Source: an uncultured delta proteobacterium
GTDB lineage: Bacteria; Desulfobacterota; WTBG01; CAIYCZ01; CAIRTM01
DNA: 64,000 bases
Reading direction: 5' to 3'
Assembly: GCA_963804955.1 (NCBI GenBank)
Contig: CAWDSQ010000030.1
Coordinates: 160,001 to 224,000, forward strand
A program made the position numbers and the translations under genes. Each line of letters starts with the position of its first letter. Position 1 is the stretch's first letter. Shown piece after piece: positions 23,429 through 32,873 of the stretch. The notes under the pieces are model-generated. The model worked only from the letters and a program-made list of their open reading frames with translations. It was not told the origin of the DNA and did no database searches.

Positions 23429-24913
23429 ATGACGAACAGCTACCTACTGCTGCTGCCACCTGCGCTCCCGGCGATCGCGGCGATTATTGTGCTTATGCTC
23501 CGAAAGCGCCCCGCGATCAGGGACTGCGTTCCGGTCATCGGCGCTGTGCTTACGTTCTGCTCGGTGCTGCAGCTTGCCCCTGCTGTGCTGGCAGGCCAGG
23601 TGTGCCGCGCAAGCCTGTTTACCCTGCTGCCGGGGATAACGGTAGCACTGCGCATCGACGGCATGGGCCTGCTGTTTGCCGGCACAGCTTCGTTTCTCTG
23701 GATAGCAGCGAGCCTGTACTGCATCGGCTATATGCGCATACTGCGCGAACATGCCCAGACGCGTTTCTACGTGTGCTACGCTGCTGCCGTCGGCGGGGCC
23801 ATGGGTGTTGCCTTCTCCGAAAATCTTTTCACCCTCTATTTTTTTTACGAGATCGTCTCCATCTTCACCTATCCGCTGGTGGCACACCACCAGGACGGCA
23901 AGGCCTATGACGGAGCGCGCAAATACCTCACCTATCTCATGTTCGCCTCCAAGGCGCTGCTGCTGCCTGCCATGGCGATTATCTATATCACGTGCGGCAC
24001 GCTCGACTTCAACATGGCCGACATTCACCGGGGTGTTTTTCCTGCGGGCGCCAACCCTGCTGTCATACAGGCCTGCTACTTCATGATGCTGTTCGGTTTT
24101 GCAAAAGCAGCCATCATCCCCCTGCACAGCTGGCTGCCGGCGGCCATGGTTGCGCCCACGCCCGTGAGCGCCCTTCTGCATGCTGTTGTTGTGGTGAAGG
24201 TCGGGGTGTTTTCAGTCTGCCGCATGATGCTGTCGCTGTTCGGGACCGAGCGCCTTGCATCACTTGATCTTGGTACCGCCACAGCCTGGATTGCGGCCTT
24301 TACGATACTGACAGCATCGATCATCGCCATGACCAAGACAGATCTCAAGGCCCGGCTTGCCTACTCAACCGTCAGCCAGCTTTCCTATATCGTGCTGGGC
24401 GTTGCCATGCTCGTGCCCAACGGGGTAACGGGAGGGCTCATTCATATCGCCAACCACGCATTTTCCAAGATAAGCCTCTTTTTTTGCGCCGGGGCGATCA
24501 TTTGCGCAACCAGCAAAACCGACATTCGCGATATGGGGGGCTTAGCGCGTCAGATGCCTGCAACATTGGCGGTCTTTGCCCTGGCAGCGCTCTCCATGAT
24601 CGGCGTTCCGCCGGTCGGCGGTTTTGTGAGCAAGTGGTACCTGGCTGTGGGTGCTTTGGATATAAAGAGCACCGGGCTGCTGGCCGTGATACTGGTGAGC
24701 AGCATTCTGAACGCTTATTATTTCGGCGAGGTGGTGCTGCGCGGATTTTTCGGCAACCCGCCCGAAGGTACTGCTTTGGCTGAAGGCTCTCTTGAATCAA
24801 CAACTCTCATGAGGCTTATGATTTATCCCACGGCGGTCGCAGCGGCCCTGTCCGTCGCGTGGGGCATGTACCCTGATTTGTTTTTGAAAATCATCAGCCT
24901 GAAGCTCGGTTGA
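23429..24913 (+). CDS. MrpD/NuoM-like antiporter-type subunit (extra)
   Basis: FFYEIV, KAAIIPLHSWLPAAMVAPTPVSALLHAV, LAYSTVSQLSYI and GFVSKW. Confidence 0.88.
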   Translation: MTNSYLLLLPPALPAIAAIIVLMLRKRPAIRDCVPVIGAVLTFCSVLQLAPAVLAGQVCRASLFTLLPGITVALRIDGMGLLFAGTASFLWIAASLYCIGYMRILREHAQTRFYVCYAAAVGGAMGVAFSENLFTLYFFYEIVSIFTYPLVAHHQDGKAYDGARKYLTYLMFASKALLLPAMAIIYITCGTLDFNMADIHRGVFPAGANPAVIQACYFMMLFGFAKAAIIPLHSWLPAAMVAPTPVSALLHAVVVVKVGVFSVCRMMLSLFGTERLASLDLGTATAWIAAFTILTASIIAMTKTDLKARLAYSTVSQLSYIVLGVAMLVPNGVTGGLIHIANHAFSKISLFFCAGAIICATSKTDIRDMGGLARQMPATLAVFALAALSMIGVPPVGGFVSKWYLAVGALDIKSTGLLAVILVSSILNAYYFGEVVLRGFFGNPPEGTALAEGSLESTTLMRLMIYPTAVAAALSVAWGMYPDLFLKIISLKLG

Positions 24914-24973
24914 TTGATGCAGCCGGGGCAGGGCGCACCGGCTTCGCGGATACATAGTAGTAGAGAAGGACAT

Positions 24974-25222
24974 ATGCTCATAAAGATTCTCGCATTTCTG
25001 AACAGCCGGACCGGCGCGCTTCGCGTGCTGTTTTTTGCCGTTCTGGCGGCATGCTCCATTGCCGATATCTTTGTGCCCCGGCATGAGGCGCACTTTTTCG
25101 GCGACAGCGTGCCGGTCTTCTGGACGGTGTTCGGCCTGGGCTGCTGCCTTGCCATGTCGTTTATCTGCAAGTGGATTTCAAAACATATGATAGCGCGATC
25201 CGAGGACTATTATGACGGCTAA
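24974..25222 (+). CDS. Small two-TM membrane protein within the nuo-like operon
   Basis: RBS GAAGGA; two hydrophobic segments; C-terminal RSEDYYDG overlapping the next start. Confidence 0.75.
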   Translation: MLIKILAFLNSRTGALRVLFFAVLAACSIADIFVPRHEAHFFGDSVPVFWTVFGLGCCLAMSFICKWISKHMIARSEDYYDG

Positions 25223-26978
25223 TCTGCTGCTCCAGCACCCGTCTTTTTTGTTTATACTGGCTGCCGTGCTCATGCCGCTGTTTAGCCGCATGCGGATTCA
25301 GAAGGTTGCGCTTCTGGCTGTTCCGCTCATTGCATTTTACCAGATTAATACGCTGCCGTCTTCTGCCGGCGCCTGCCAGTATCTCGGGCTGCAGCTGAGT
25401 TTTATCAGGGCTGATCAACTGACCTATATCTTCCTGAATGTTTTCACCATAATGGCATTCATCGGTGCAGTGTACAGCCTGCATGTCAAGGACTGGGCGC
25501 AGCACACGGCATCCTTCCTCTATGTGGCAGGATCTCTGGGCGTGACGCTCAGCGGTGATTACGTGACGCTGTTTATTTTCTGGGAGCTCATGGCCCTGGC
25601 CTCTACGTTTCTCATCTGGCTTCGGTGCTCGCAGCAGTCCCGCGGGGCCGGATTGCGGTACCTGCTGGTGCATATCGCGGGCGGCCTTGCGCTGCTGGCA
25701 GGCATTGTGCTCAAGTACAGCGCCACCGGGGATTTAAGCTTCGTGCAGGTGCCTGTGAACAGCGCCGGCATAGCCGACTATTTCATCATGGCGGGTTTCA
25801 TGCTCAATGCCGCTGTGCCGCCCCTGCATGCATGGCTGGCTGATGCCTATCCTGAAGCAACCGTTTGCGGCGCGGTTTTTATGTGCGCATTTACGACAAA
25901 GACGGCGGTGTATGTTTTATGCCGTGCTTTTCCGGGCTTTGAAGTGCTTGCGGTTATGGGCGCCATTATGGCCGTCTACGGCGTCTGCTTCGCCATTATC
26001 GAAAACGACGCGCGCCGCATACTCTCCTATCATATCATCAGCCAGGTAGGCTACATGGTCTGCGGCATCGGTATCGGCACCGACATGGCGGTAAACGGCG
26101 CCTGCGCTCATGCCTATGCCCATATTTTATATAAAGCCCTGCTTTTTATGGGCGTTGGGTGCGTACTGGAGATGACGGGCAGGCAGAAGCTTTCAGAACT
26201 TGGCGGTCTGTGGCGCAGGATGCCCCTGGCAATGATCTTTACTGTTATCGGTGGTATTTCCATTTCCGGCTTTCCTTTCACCAGCGGCTTTGTGAGTAAA
26301 TCCATGGTTATTTTCGGCGCTGGCGAAGCCCATCGGATAGGACTCCTTGTCATGCTTATGCTGGCCTCAGTGGGAACATTTCTTTCCGTCGGCATCAAAC
26401 TCCCGTATTTTATCTGGTTCGGCAAGGACAGTGGCGTTCCGGCCAGGGACGCGCCCTGGAATATGCAGGCGGGCATGGCAATAGCCGCTTTTTTCTGCTT
26501 TTTTATAGGCTGCTATCCCGAGTTTCTCTATCGTATGCTGCCGCGGCCCGGCGAGTATGAGCCCTATACTGCATACCATTTGTCTGAAACACTTCAGGTT
26601 CTTGGTTATACGGCTCTCGGATTCTATCTGCTGCGCAAGTTCCTTACTCCTCACGCCAACATGAATCTTGATATTGACTGGTTCTATCGCAAGGGCGCGC
26701 AGGCTGTGATGCGGCTGGCCCGCGGGCCGATAGCTGCTGTTGACGGCTGGGTCGGCGAGCTGTACCGAACGGCGGGGATGCGTTCCGCTATGGCCACTGC
26801 GCGCGGGGTTACGGGTTTTGACATGCATGTCATCGACTGCCTTATCGACGGCTTTGCCGGCAAGGTGGTTGTGCTGGGCGAGCATTTTCGAAATCTCCAG
26901 ACAGGCAAGGTGCAGCATTATATCGCCGCCGCAGTCATTTTTATTTTTCTGCTGCTGATATGCGTCGTGCTTATATAG
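25212..26978 (+). CDS. MrpD/MrpA-like antiporter subunit with a NuoL-type C-terminal lateral helix
   Basis: FWELMA, PLHAWLADAYPEA, LSYHIISQVGYM, GFVSK, and C-terminal IDG..LQTGKVQHY plus a final TM helix. Confidence 0.85.
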   Translation: MTANLLLQHPSFLFILAAVLMPLFSRMRIQKVALLAVPLIAFYQINTLPSSAGACQYLGLQLSFIRADQLTYIFLNVFTIMAFIGAVYSLHVKDWAQHTASFLYVAGSLGVTLSGDYVTLFIFWELMALASTFLIWLRCSQQSRGAGLRYLLVHIAGGLALLAGIVLKYSATGDLSFVQVPVNSAGIADYFIMAGFMLNAAVPPLHAWLADAYPEATVCGAVFMCAFTTKTAVYVLCRAFPGFEVLAVMGAIMAVYGVCFAIIENDARRILSYHIISQVGYMVCGIGIGTDMAVNGACAHAYAHILYKALLFMGVGCVLEMTGRQKLSELGGLWRRMPLAMIFTVIGGISISGFPFTSGFVSKSMVIFGAGEAHRIGLLVMLMLASVGTFLSVGIKLPYFIWFGKDSGVPARDAPWNMQAGMAIAAFFCFFIGCYPEFLYRMLPRPGEYEPYTAYHLSETLQVLGYTALGFYLLRKFLTPHANMNLDIDWFYRKGAQAVMRLARGPIAAVDGWVGELYRTAGMRSAMATARGVTGFDMHVIDCLIDGFAGKVVVLGEHFRNLQTGKVQHYIAAAVIFIFLLLICVVLI

Positions 26979-26987
26979 AAAAGGATT

Positions 26988-28508
26988 ATGGAACAGTATC
27001 TGCTTTTTAATCACAGCGATTTTCCTGTGCTCAGCACACTGATCCTGCTGCCGCTTGCGGGGGCCATTGTGTGCCTGTTTATCCGCAATGAAACCTTCCT
27101 GAAGCTCTGGGGACTGGCCGTAACGACAACCACCATGGCGCTGTCGCTGCCGCTGTATTTTCTTTTCGATCAGACCAGCGACAAATACCAGTTTGCCGAG
27201 CTGGGGCAGTGGATACCGGCGCTGAAGCTCGACTATGTGGTGGGCGTGGACGGTATCAGCCTGCCGCTTGTTCTGCTCACCACCTGCCTCATGCCCCTGT
27301 GCATTCTGTGCTCGTGGAGCCAGATCAAGGACCGGCTTGCGGAATTCATTTTCGTGCTGCTCATCATGGAATCCTCCATGCTGGGCGTGTTCATAAGCCT
27401 GAACACCGTGCTTTTTTATATTTTCTGGGAAGGCATGCTGATTCCCATGTACCTTCTGATAGCCGTGTGGGGCGGGCCGCGCAGGGATTATGCATCCATC
27501 AAGTTTTTCCTGTACACATTCGTGGGCAGCGTTTTTCTGCTCATCGCCCTGATCGTTCTGTATGTGCGCAGCGGGTCGTTCTTTATTCCCGATTTTATGC
27601 GCCTTAATTATCCCTTTGATATACAGATGATAATTTTTGTCTGCTGCGCCATCACGTTCGCCATCAAGATGCCCATGTATCCTTTTCATACATGGCTGCC
27701 GGCTGCGCATGTTGAGGCCCCCACGGCGGGCAGCGTAATACTTGCAAGCGTGCTTTTAAAAATGGGCGGCTACGGCTTTCTGCGTTTTTGCCTGCCGATA
27801 GCGCCCGCAGCAAGCGTGTACTGCGCTCCGGTCATTATCGTTATGTCGCTTGCTGCAATCGTTATCGGCGGCTATCTGGCGCTCGGGCAGAGCGACGTGA
27901 AGAAGCTCATCGCCTATTCAAGTGTTGCACACATGGGGTTTGTGACGCTGGGCATATTCCTTTTCAATATGCAGGGCGTCAAGGGCGCCATTCTGCAGAT
28001 GGTCAACCATGGCATCACGACCGGCGCGCTTTTTATCTGCATCGGCATCATCTATGAGCGCACGCACAGCCGCGAGCTTGCAGTGAACAAGGCCCTTGGC
28101 ATGCTGATGCCCGCGTACGTGACATTTCTTGGTATTTTTTCGCTCTCCTCGTTCGGCTTTCCCGGCACGAACGGTTTTGTTGGCGAGTTCATGGTGCTGG
28201 CGGCGGCTTTTTCAAAATATGTCCTTGTCGGCGCGATTGCCGTTCCTGGCGCGGTGCTGGCCGCAGCCTATATGCTGCGGATGCTGCAGAAAATGGTCTG
28301 GGCGGATTCTGACGGACATCATCATGCTGAGCCTCAGGGGAGTGAAGGCCATCATGCGCTTTCAGATATCAACCTCCGCGAGTGGTTCATTGTTGCTGTG
28401 CTTGCGGTATTTGTTTTCTGGCTGGGGTTCAAACCAGGGCTGGTTCTTGATATTATGGATCAAAGCGTGCGGCATCTTCTGGTGCAGGTTGTCGGTGTTG
28501 CGCTATGA
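26988..28508 (+). CDS. nuoM: NADH-quinone oxidoreductase subunit M
   Basis: GVDGISL, FYIFWE, FAIKMPMYPFHTWLPAAHVEAPT, LLKMGGYG and GFVGEF. Confidence 0.93.
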   Translation: MEQYLLFNHSDFPVLSTLILLPLAGAIVCLFIRNETFLKLWGLAVTTTTMALSLPLYFLFDQTSDKYQFAELGQWIPALKLDYVVGVDGISLPLVLLTTCLMPLCILCSWSQIKDRLAEFIFVLLIMESSMLGVFISLNTVLFYIFWEGMLIPMYLLIAVWGGPRRDYASIKFFLYTFVGSVFLLIALIVLYVRSGSFFIPDFMRLNYPFDIQMIIFVCCAITFAIKMPMYPFHTWLPAAHVEAPTAGSVILASVLLKMGGYGFLRFCLPIAPAASVYCAPVIIVMSLAAIVIGGYLALGQSDVKKLIAYSSVAHMGFVTLGIFLFNMQGVKGAILQMVNHGITTGALFICIGIIYERTHSRELAVNKALGMLMPAYVTFLGIFSLSSFGFPGTNGFVGEFMVLAAAFSKYVLVGAIAVPGAVLAAAYMLRMLQKMVWADSDGHHHAEPQGSEGHHALSDINLREWFIVAVLAVFVFWLGFKPGLVLDIMDQSVRHLLVQVVGVAL

Positions 28509-28652
28509 CCTGCCGCATGAGCACCTTTTTTTGCAGCGCGCAGCACGAGGGCAGGCATCAGGCAGCCAGTGAAGGCCTGCGCAAGGGGTCCTGCTGTGCC
28601 AAGTATGATTGCTTGATACAGTGAAGAGCCTTAACAGCTACATTGGAGAGAT

Positions 28653-30074
28653 ATGGACTTTTTTTTGCTGCTTCCTGAAATAGCCCTTGCGGCACTGATC
28701 CTCGTGTTCTTTGCCGCAACGCTTGCCAAAACCCGGCAGGGTGTGCTCGAGGGCTGTGCTGTTGCGGGCGCTCTGTGCGTCTTTGCTGCGGCATGGTACA
28801 CCTACGGACGCAGCGGGCTTTTTTTTCATGATGTGTATAAGGTCGACACGTTCTCTCAGACGTTTAAGCTGATCATAGCGCTCGGGCTTGTACTGATCCT
28901 GTGGATGGGCGCCGGACTGCGGGGCATTACCCGGCATCTGCGGCCCGAGTATTACCTGTTTTTGAGCCTGAGCTGTTTCGGCCTGTTCGTCATGACCAGC
29001 GCCGTTGAGCTTATTACCATCATCATCGGCCTGGAGATATCATCTTATTCCCTGTACGTTCTCATCCCTTTGCGCCGTCAGCCGCACCAGCGCGAGCCCC
29101 TGGAGGCCAGCATCAAATATATCTTTTTCGGGGGCGCCGCAACCGGCATCGCCCTGTACGGCATGAGCTATCTTGTCGGCCTGGGACATTCAACCTATCT
29201 TGCGGAGCTTGCCAGGGTTATGCCGGGGCTTCTTGCCACGCAGCCGCTTGCCGTCATAGGGTTCGTGATGCTGCTCTGTACACTGTTTTACAAGCTGGCT
29301 CTTTTCCCCATGCATTTCTGGATGCCCGACGTCTTTGTGGGCGCCGCCCATGAAACCACGTGTTTCGTGTCAACACTGCCCAAAATCGCAGCCATTGCCC
29401 TTATTACGCGACTGATGTCTATGGCCGGCCCCGGCTCGCCGCAGCTGGAGCTGATTTTATCTATCATAGCGGTGCTGTCCATGTTTATGGGCAACTTTTC
29501 CGCTCTCAGCCAGCATGATTTCAAGCGCCTGCTCGCCTATTCCAGCATTGCCCATGCCGGTTACATGCTGGTTGGTATTATTACCCTTAATCAGCTCGGC
29601 ATAGCCTCGGCAATATATTATGTCTTCGGCTATCTTCTCATGAATGTCGCCTGTTTTGTCGTGCTCTACAATTTGACACCGGGGGGCGAAAATATTTCGG
29701 TAGATGAGCTGCGCGGCCTCTACAGGCGCTCCCCCCTGCTTGCCGCTCTGCTTGCCGCAGGCGCAATCGGCCTGTCAGGCATACCTCCCACGATTGGCTT
29801 TACGGGCAAGTTCATGATTTTTGCCGCCGCGGTTAAGGGAAAATACTTCTGGCTCGTAGGACTTGCACTAGTCAATGTCTGCATATCGGCATTTTACTAT
29901 TTGCGCCTCGTGCGGGCCGCCTACCGCAGCGTTGAAGAGCCGGAGGGGAAAATCAACCTCACTTTTTCCGCTGCAGCGCTGGGCATTCTGATCGTGGCAG
30001 GCATTGTTCTGGCAGGTGTTTTCCCGCAGGATTTTTTCAGGCTTACCCTGAAAGCCGTGCTGTCGGTGCTTTAA
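28653..30074 (+). CDS. nuoN: NADH-quinone oxidoreductase subunit N
   Basis: EASIKY, KLALFPMHFWMPDVF, KRLLAYSSIAHAGY and GIPPTIGFTGK. Confidence 0.93.
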   Translation: MDFFLLLPEIALAALILVFFAATLAKTRQGVLEGCAVAGALCVFAAAWYTYGRSGLFFHDVYKVDTFSQTFKLIIALGLVLILWMGAGLRGITRHLRPEYYLFLSLSCFGLFVMTSAVELITIIIGLEISSYSLYVLIPLRRQPHQREPLEASIKYIFFGGAATGIALYGMSYLVGLGHSTYLAELARVMPGLLATQPLAVIGFVMLLCTLFYKLALFPMHFWMPDVFVGAAHETTCFVSTLPKIAAIALITRLMSMAGPGSPQLELILSIIAVLSMFMGNFSALSQHDFKRLLAYSSIAHAGYMLVGIITLNQLGIASAIYYVFGYLLMNVACFVVLYNLTPGGENISVDELRGLYRRSPLLAALLAAGAIGLSGIPPTIGFTGKFMIFAAAVKGKYFWLVGLALVNVCISAFYYLRLVRAAYRSVEEPEGKINLTFSAAALGILIVAGIVLAGVFPQDFFRLTLKAVLSVL

Positions 30075-30136
30075 GCATAGCTTTCTGACAGGCAAGCCGC
30101 TGCCGCGGACACAGTCTCATGACGCCGGCCGTTTTT

Positions 30137-31435
30137 TTACTCAATGAGCTTCATCTTGGCCCGTATTTCCCTGCGCGCAGTTATATTCATGGCCAGAAAT
30201 AGGGCCAGATGATGCAGGCTGCTGCAATTGGTCTTGAAATCCAGGGCCCTGCGCAGTATTGCCGATGCGTTATTGAATGCCATCCTTGCCCGTATGCAAC
30301 CCTGCTTAAGCTGCTGCGGTGCCATCTGCCGGGGTATGAAACTGACCTCGCCGTAGTTGTATTTTTCATGCAGCCACCACGCATCGTCTAAAAGCCGGCC
30401 TTCGGCTTTCAGCCGATCGTAGAGCCCTGTGCCGGGCATGGGGTTCAGGGTGTTGAAGTTTGCCAGGATGAACTTGTGCTTTAAGGCGAACTCGAGAGTT
30501 TGATCGAAGACATCCTCGGTGTCGAAATCATACCCCAGGACAAAGGAGCCATAAATCATGATGCCATGGTCTCTGATTCTTTTGATGAAGGCAGGATAAT
30601 CCGTATCCGACCGGTGCGATCCCTTGTGCATCTGCTCAAGATTGCCCACTCGCAGAGATTCAAATCCAATTATGAAAAGAATGCAGCCGCTTTTTGCCAT
30701 GAGCGAAAGCATTTCGGGGTCGCGGGCAACATCGATGCTGATCTGGCAGCCCCACCATAGTTTCAGCGGAATGAGCGCGTGAAAGAGTTTTTTTGCCTGC
30801 GCCTTGTTTGACAGGATGTTATCGTCGACAATGAACATGGTGCGGCGCCCCCCGCGCTTTATATCGTCAATAACGGATTCCACGGGTCTGACGCTGTGGT
30901 GGCGCCGGTTGAATACGTTTACCGTGCAGAATTCGCAGTCATAGATGCACCCCCTGGTGAATTCCACCGGAAAGATCGGGTTGTAGCGCTTGTTTTCAAA
31001 CAGCCCCATGTCATAGCGGGCATGCAGGATGGCCTCATGACCCTGTTTTTCGTATACGCGCGCAAGGCTTCGTCGCATTGCATCCCGAACGACATTTTCC
31101 CACAGTCCCTCTGCAGGCCCTTTCACCACCGCATCGGCATGTTCAAGCGCTTCCCCCGGGATCAGGGTGGGGTGATATCCTCCCATGACTACCGGGATGC
31201 CGCGGCTCCTCAAGCTGTCGGCTATTTCATAGCTTCTTCTGGCGGAAAAGGTATGGACGGATATGGCCGCCAGGTCGGTATCCAAATCAGAAGGGATTTT
31301 TTCGATGCACTCATCATAGAGCTCTTTTTCCACACCCGGCGGCGTATATCCCGAGAGCGCTGCAATCCCCAAAGGCGGCAGCGCATCGGCGGAGCGGCCT
31401 GCGGTCATGTTGGGTTTAATAAACGTTATCTTCAT
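30137..31435 (-). CDS. Cobalamin-binding radical SAM enzyme (type B paralog)
   Basis: MKITFIKPN.., GGYHPTL, RGCIYDCEFC, VDDNI, IGFESL and PMPGT. Confidence 0.9.
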   Translation of the reverse strand: MKITFIKPNMTAGRSADALPPLGIAALSGYTPPGVEKELYDECIEKIPSDLDTDLAAISVHTFSARRSYEIADSLRSRGIPVVMGGYHPTLIPGEALEHADAVVKGPAEGLWENVVRDAMRRSLARVYEKQGHEAILHARYDMGLFENKRYNPIFPVEFTRGCIYDCEFCTVNVFNRRHHSVRPVESVIDDIKRGGRRTMFIVDDNILSNKAQAKKLFHALIPLKLWWGCQISIDVARDPEMLSLMAKSGCILFIIGFESLRVGNLEQMHKGSHRSDTDYPAFIKRIRDHGIMIYGSFVLGYDFDTEDVFDQTLEFALKHKFILANFNTLNPMPGTGLYDRLKAEGRLLDDAWWLHEKYNYGEVSFIPRQMAPQQLKQGCIRARMAFNNASAILRRALDFKTNCSSLHHLALFLAMNITARREIRAKMKLIE

Positions 31436-31511
31436 GTTCGACGCCTGCCGGATAGCTCGCGGCGCCTGCGCCGGCAGCAGACCAGCAGGGGGGCCGGAAA
31501 CGGGATTGCGC

Positions 31512-32873
31512 TCATGCGGGAAGCTCCTGTAAAAGCTGGTCGTAAAAATGCTGAACAAAAGGCAGCGCTGAGGCCGTTGTGCCGGTGCTCAGAGTGAGTT
31601 CGTTTCTGTAGGACGTGCATAACACCATCATCAGGGGTGGGTACTGCACTGCCGACAGGCCCCAGGCGCGCACGGGAGGCCTGTCAAACGTCAGGGCTCC
31701 ATCCGGGAAAACGCCCCGGTTGCTGAAGATGTTGGGGTATTTGCCTGAGTCGATCTTCTTGCGCATGAGGGAGAAAAGCACCCTGGTCTGCAGGTTGAAT
31801 GGCGCATATTTCCAGAGGGGTATAAAGCATAGCTGATTGAAGCCATGCCAGTCGCGCTTGCGCCGGCTGGTTGCCGCATGCACGCGCTCAAGGGTATCGT
31901 CAAAGGCGGCTCCAAGCGTTGTTGCCAGACAGGCTGAGTCCAGGCCGATCAGGTTTGTCACGGCAGTGCCGGTATCTTCGGGCAGATAGCTCGACTTCAG
32001 GTCGACGAGATACGTCAAGCGCAGGCTGCATTGGCCGTTCCATTCGGTGAGGGCTACCTGGCTCCTGAAATAGGCCGCAAGGAGCATGTCGCTCATCGTG
32101 GCATTGCGCGAGCGTGCATAGGCCCGCAGCTGCAGCACCCGCTCGCAAGGCAGATGCCGCACTGCATGGGCAGCAGGATCTTTTGGCCCGTACGGTGGGC
32201 GCAGGGCAAGGCAGGGCTTTTGCTCCTGCAGCATGGTGCGGGCAGTGTTGCCGATAATGCGGGGCCATGCGGCTAGCGGGATACGGGCGAACAGCGCTCG
32301 GCTGCCGCGGTATGCCATGTTTTCCTCTGGAAGAAAGCCGGGCTCGACGGCAAGGCGGGTGTAGATCGATGACAGAACGCGCAGGACATAATCGAACCGC
32401 CGGCCGTCGCAGACGAGATGGTTGCATTTGGCAAGAAGCCGGTCTTCAGAGGAACCGGTGAACAGGCACAGGCGCACCTGCGGCCCAGTGCCTGCAGGCA
32501 GATTCGTCAACTTGAACTGCTCAAGCCGGTCCCGGCTTTCGGTGACATAAAATATCTCTTCCCGAGACCACGTGGCCTCTTCCCAGTAGGGGCGCCAGGC
32601 AGCATCTACAAAACTGCAGCCAAGGATGGGCAGGGCCTTAAAAAGAAGCTCCAGGGCACGGTAGAGCCTGTCGTGATCAAGTCGGTGCTCAAAAACCATT
32701 TCGTTGAGAAAGGTCTTTGAGCCAAAATAAAGATCCCGGTCAAGGGCCATCATGCGGTCAGCGCTTACCGCAGAAAATGTACGCGGTGGATTCATCATGG
32801 ATGCTCCGGAATTAATTTTTTTGCCTTCTTTCACATCAAACTCGTAGAAAGCAGCCGTATGCTCATCAGTCAT
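31512..32873 (-). CDS. Stand-alone condensation-domain / CoA-dependent acyltransferase
   Basis: NHLVCDG (HxxxDG), ATMSDMLLAAY, VDLK and FSNRG. The real start is probably ATG 32873 (overlaps the upstream stop) or 32798. Confidence 0.75.
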   Translation of the reverse strand: MTDEHTAAFYEFDVKEGKKINSGASMMNPPRTFSAVSADRMMALDRDLYFGSKTFLNEMVFEHRLDHDRLYRALELLFKALPILGCSFVDAAWRPYWEEATWSREEIFYVTESRDRLEQFKLTNLPAGTGPQVRLCLFTGSSEDRLLAKCNHLVCDGRRFDYVLRVLSSIYTRLAVEPGFLPEENMAYRGSRALFARIPLAAWPRIIGNTARTMLQEQKPCLALRPPYGPKDPAAHAVRHLPCERVLQLRAYARSRNATMSDMLLAAYFRSQVALTEWNGQCSLRLTYLVDLKSSYLPEDTGTAVTNLIGLDSACLATTLGAAFDDTLERVHAATSRRKRDWHGFNQLCFIPLWKYAPFNLQTRVLFSLMRKKIDSGKYPNIFSNRGVFPDGALTFDRPPVRAWGLSAVQYPPLMMVLCTSYRNELTLSTGTTASALPFVQHFYDQLLQELPA

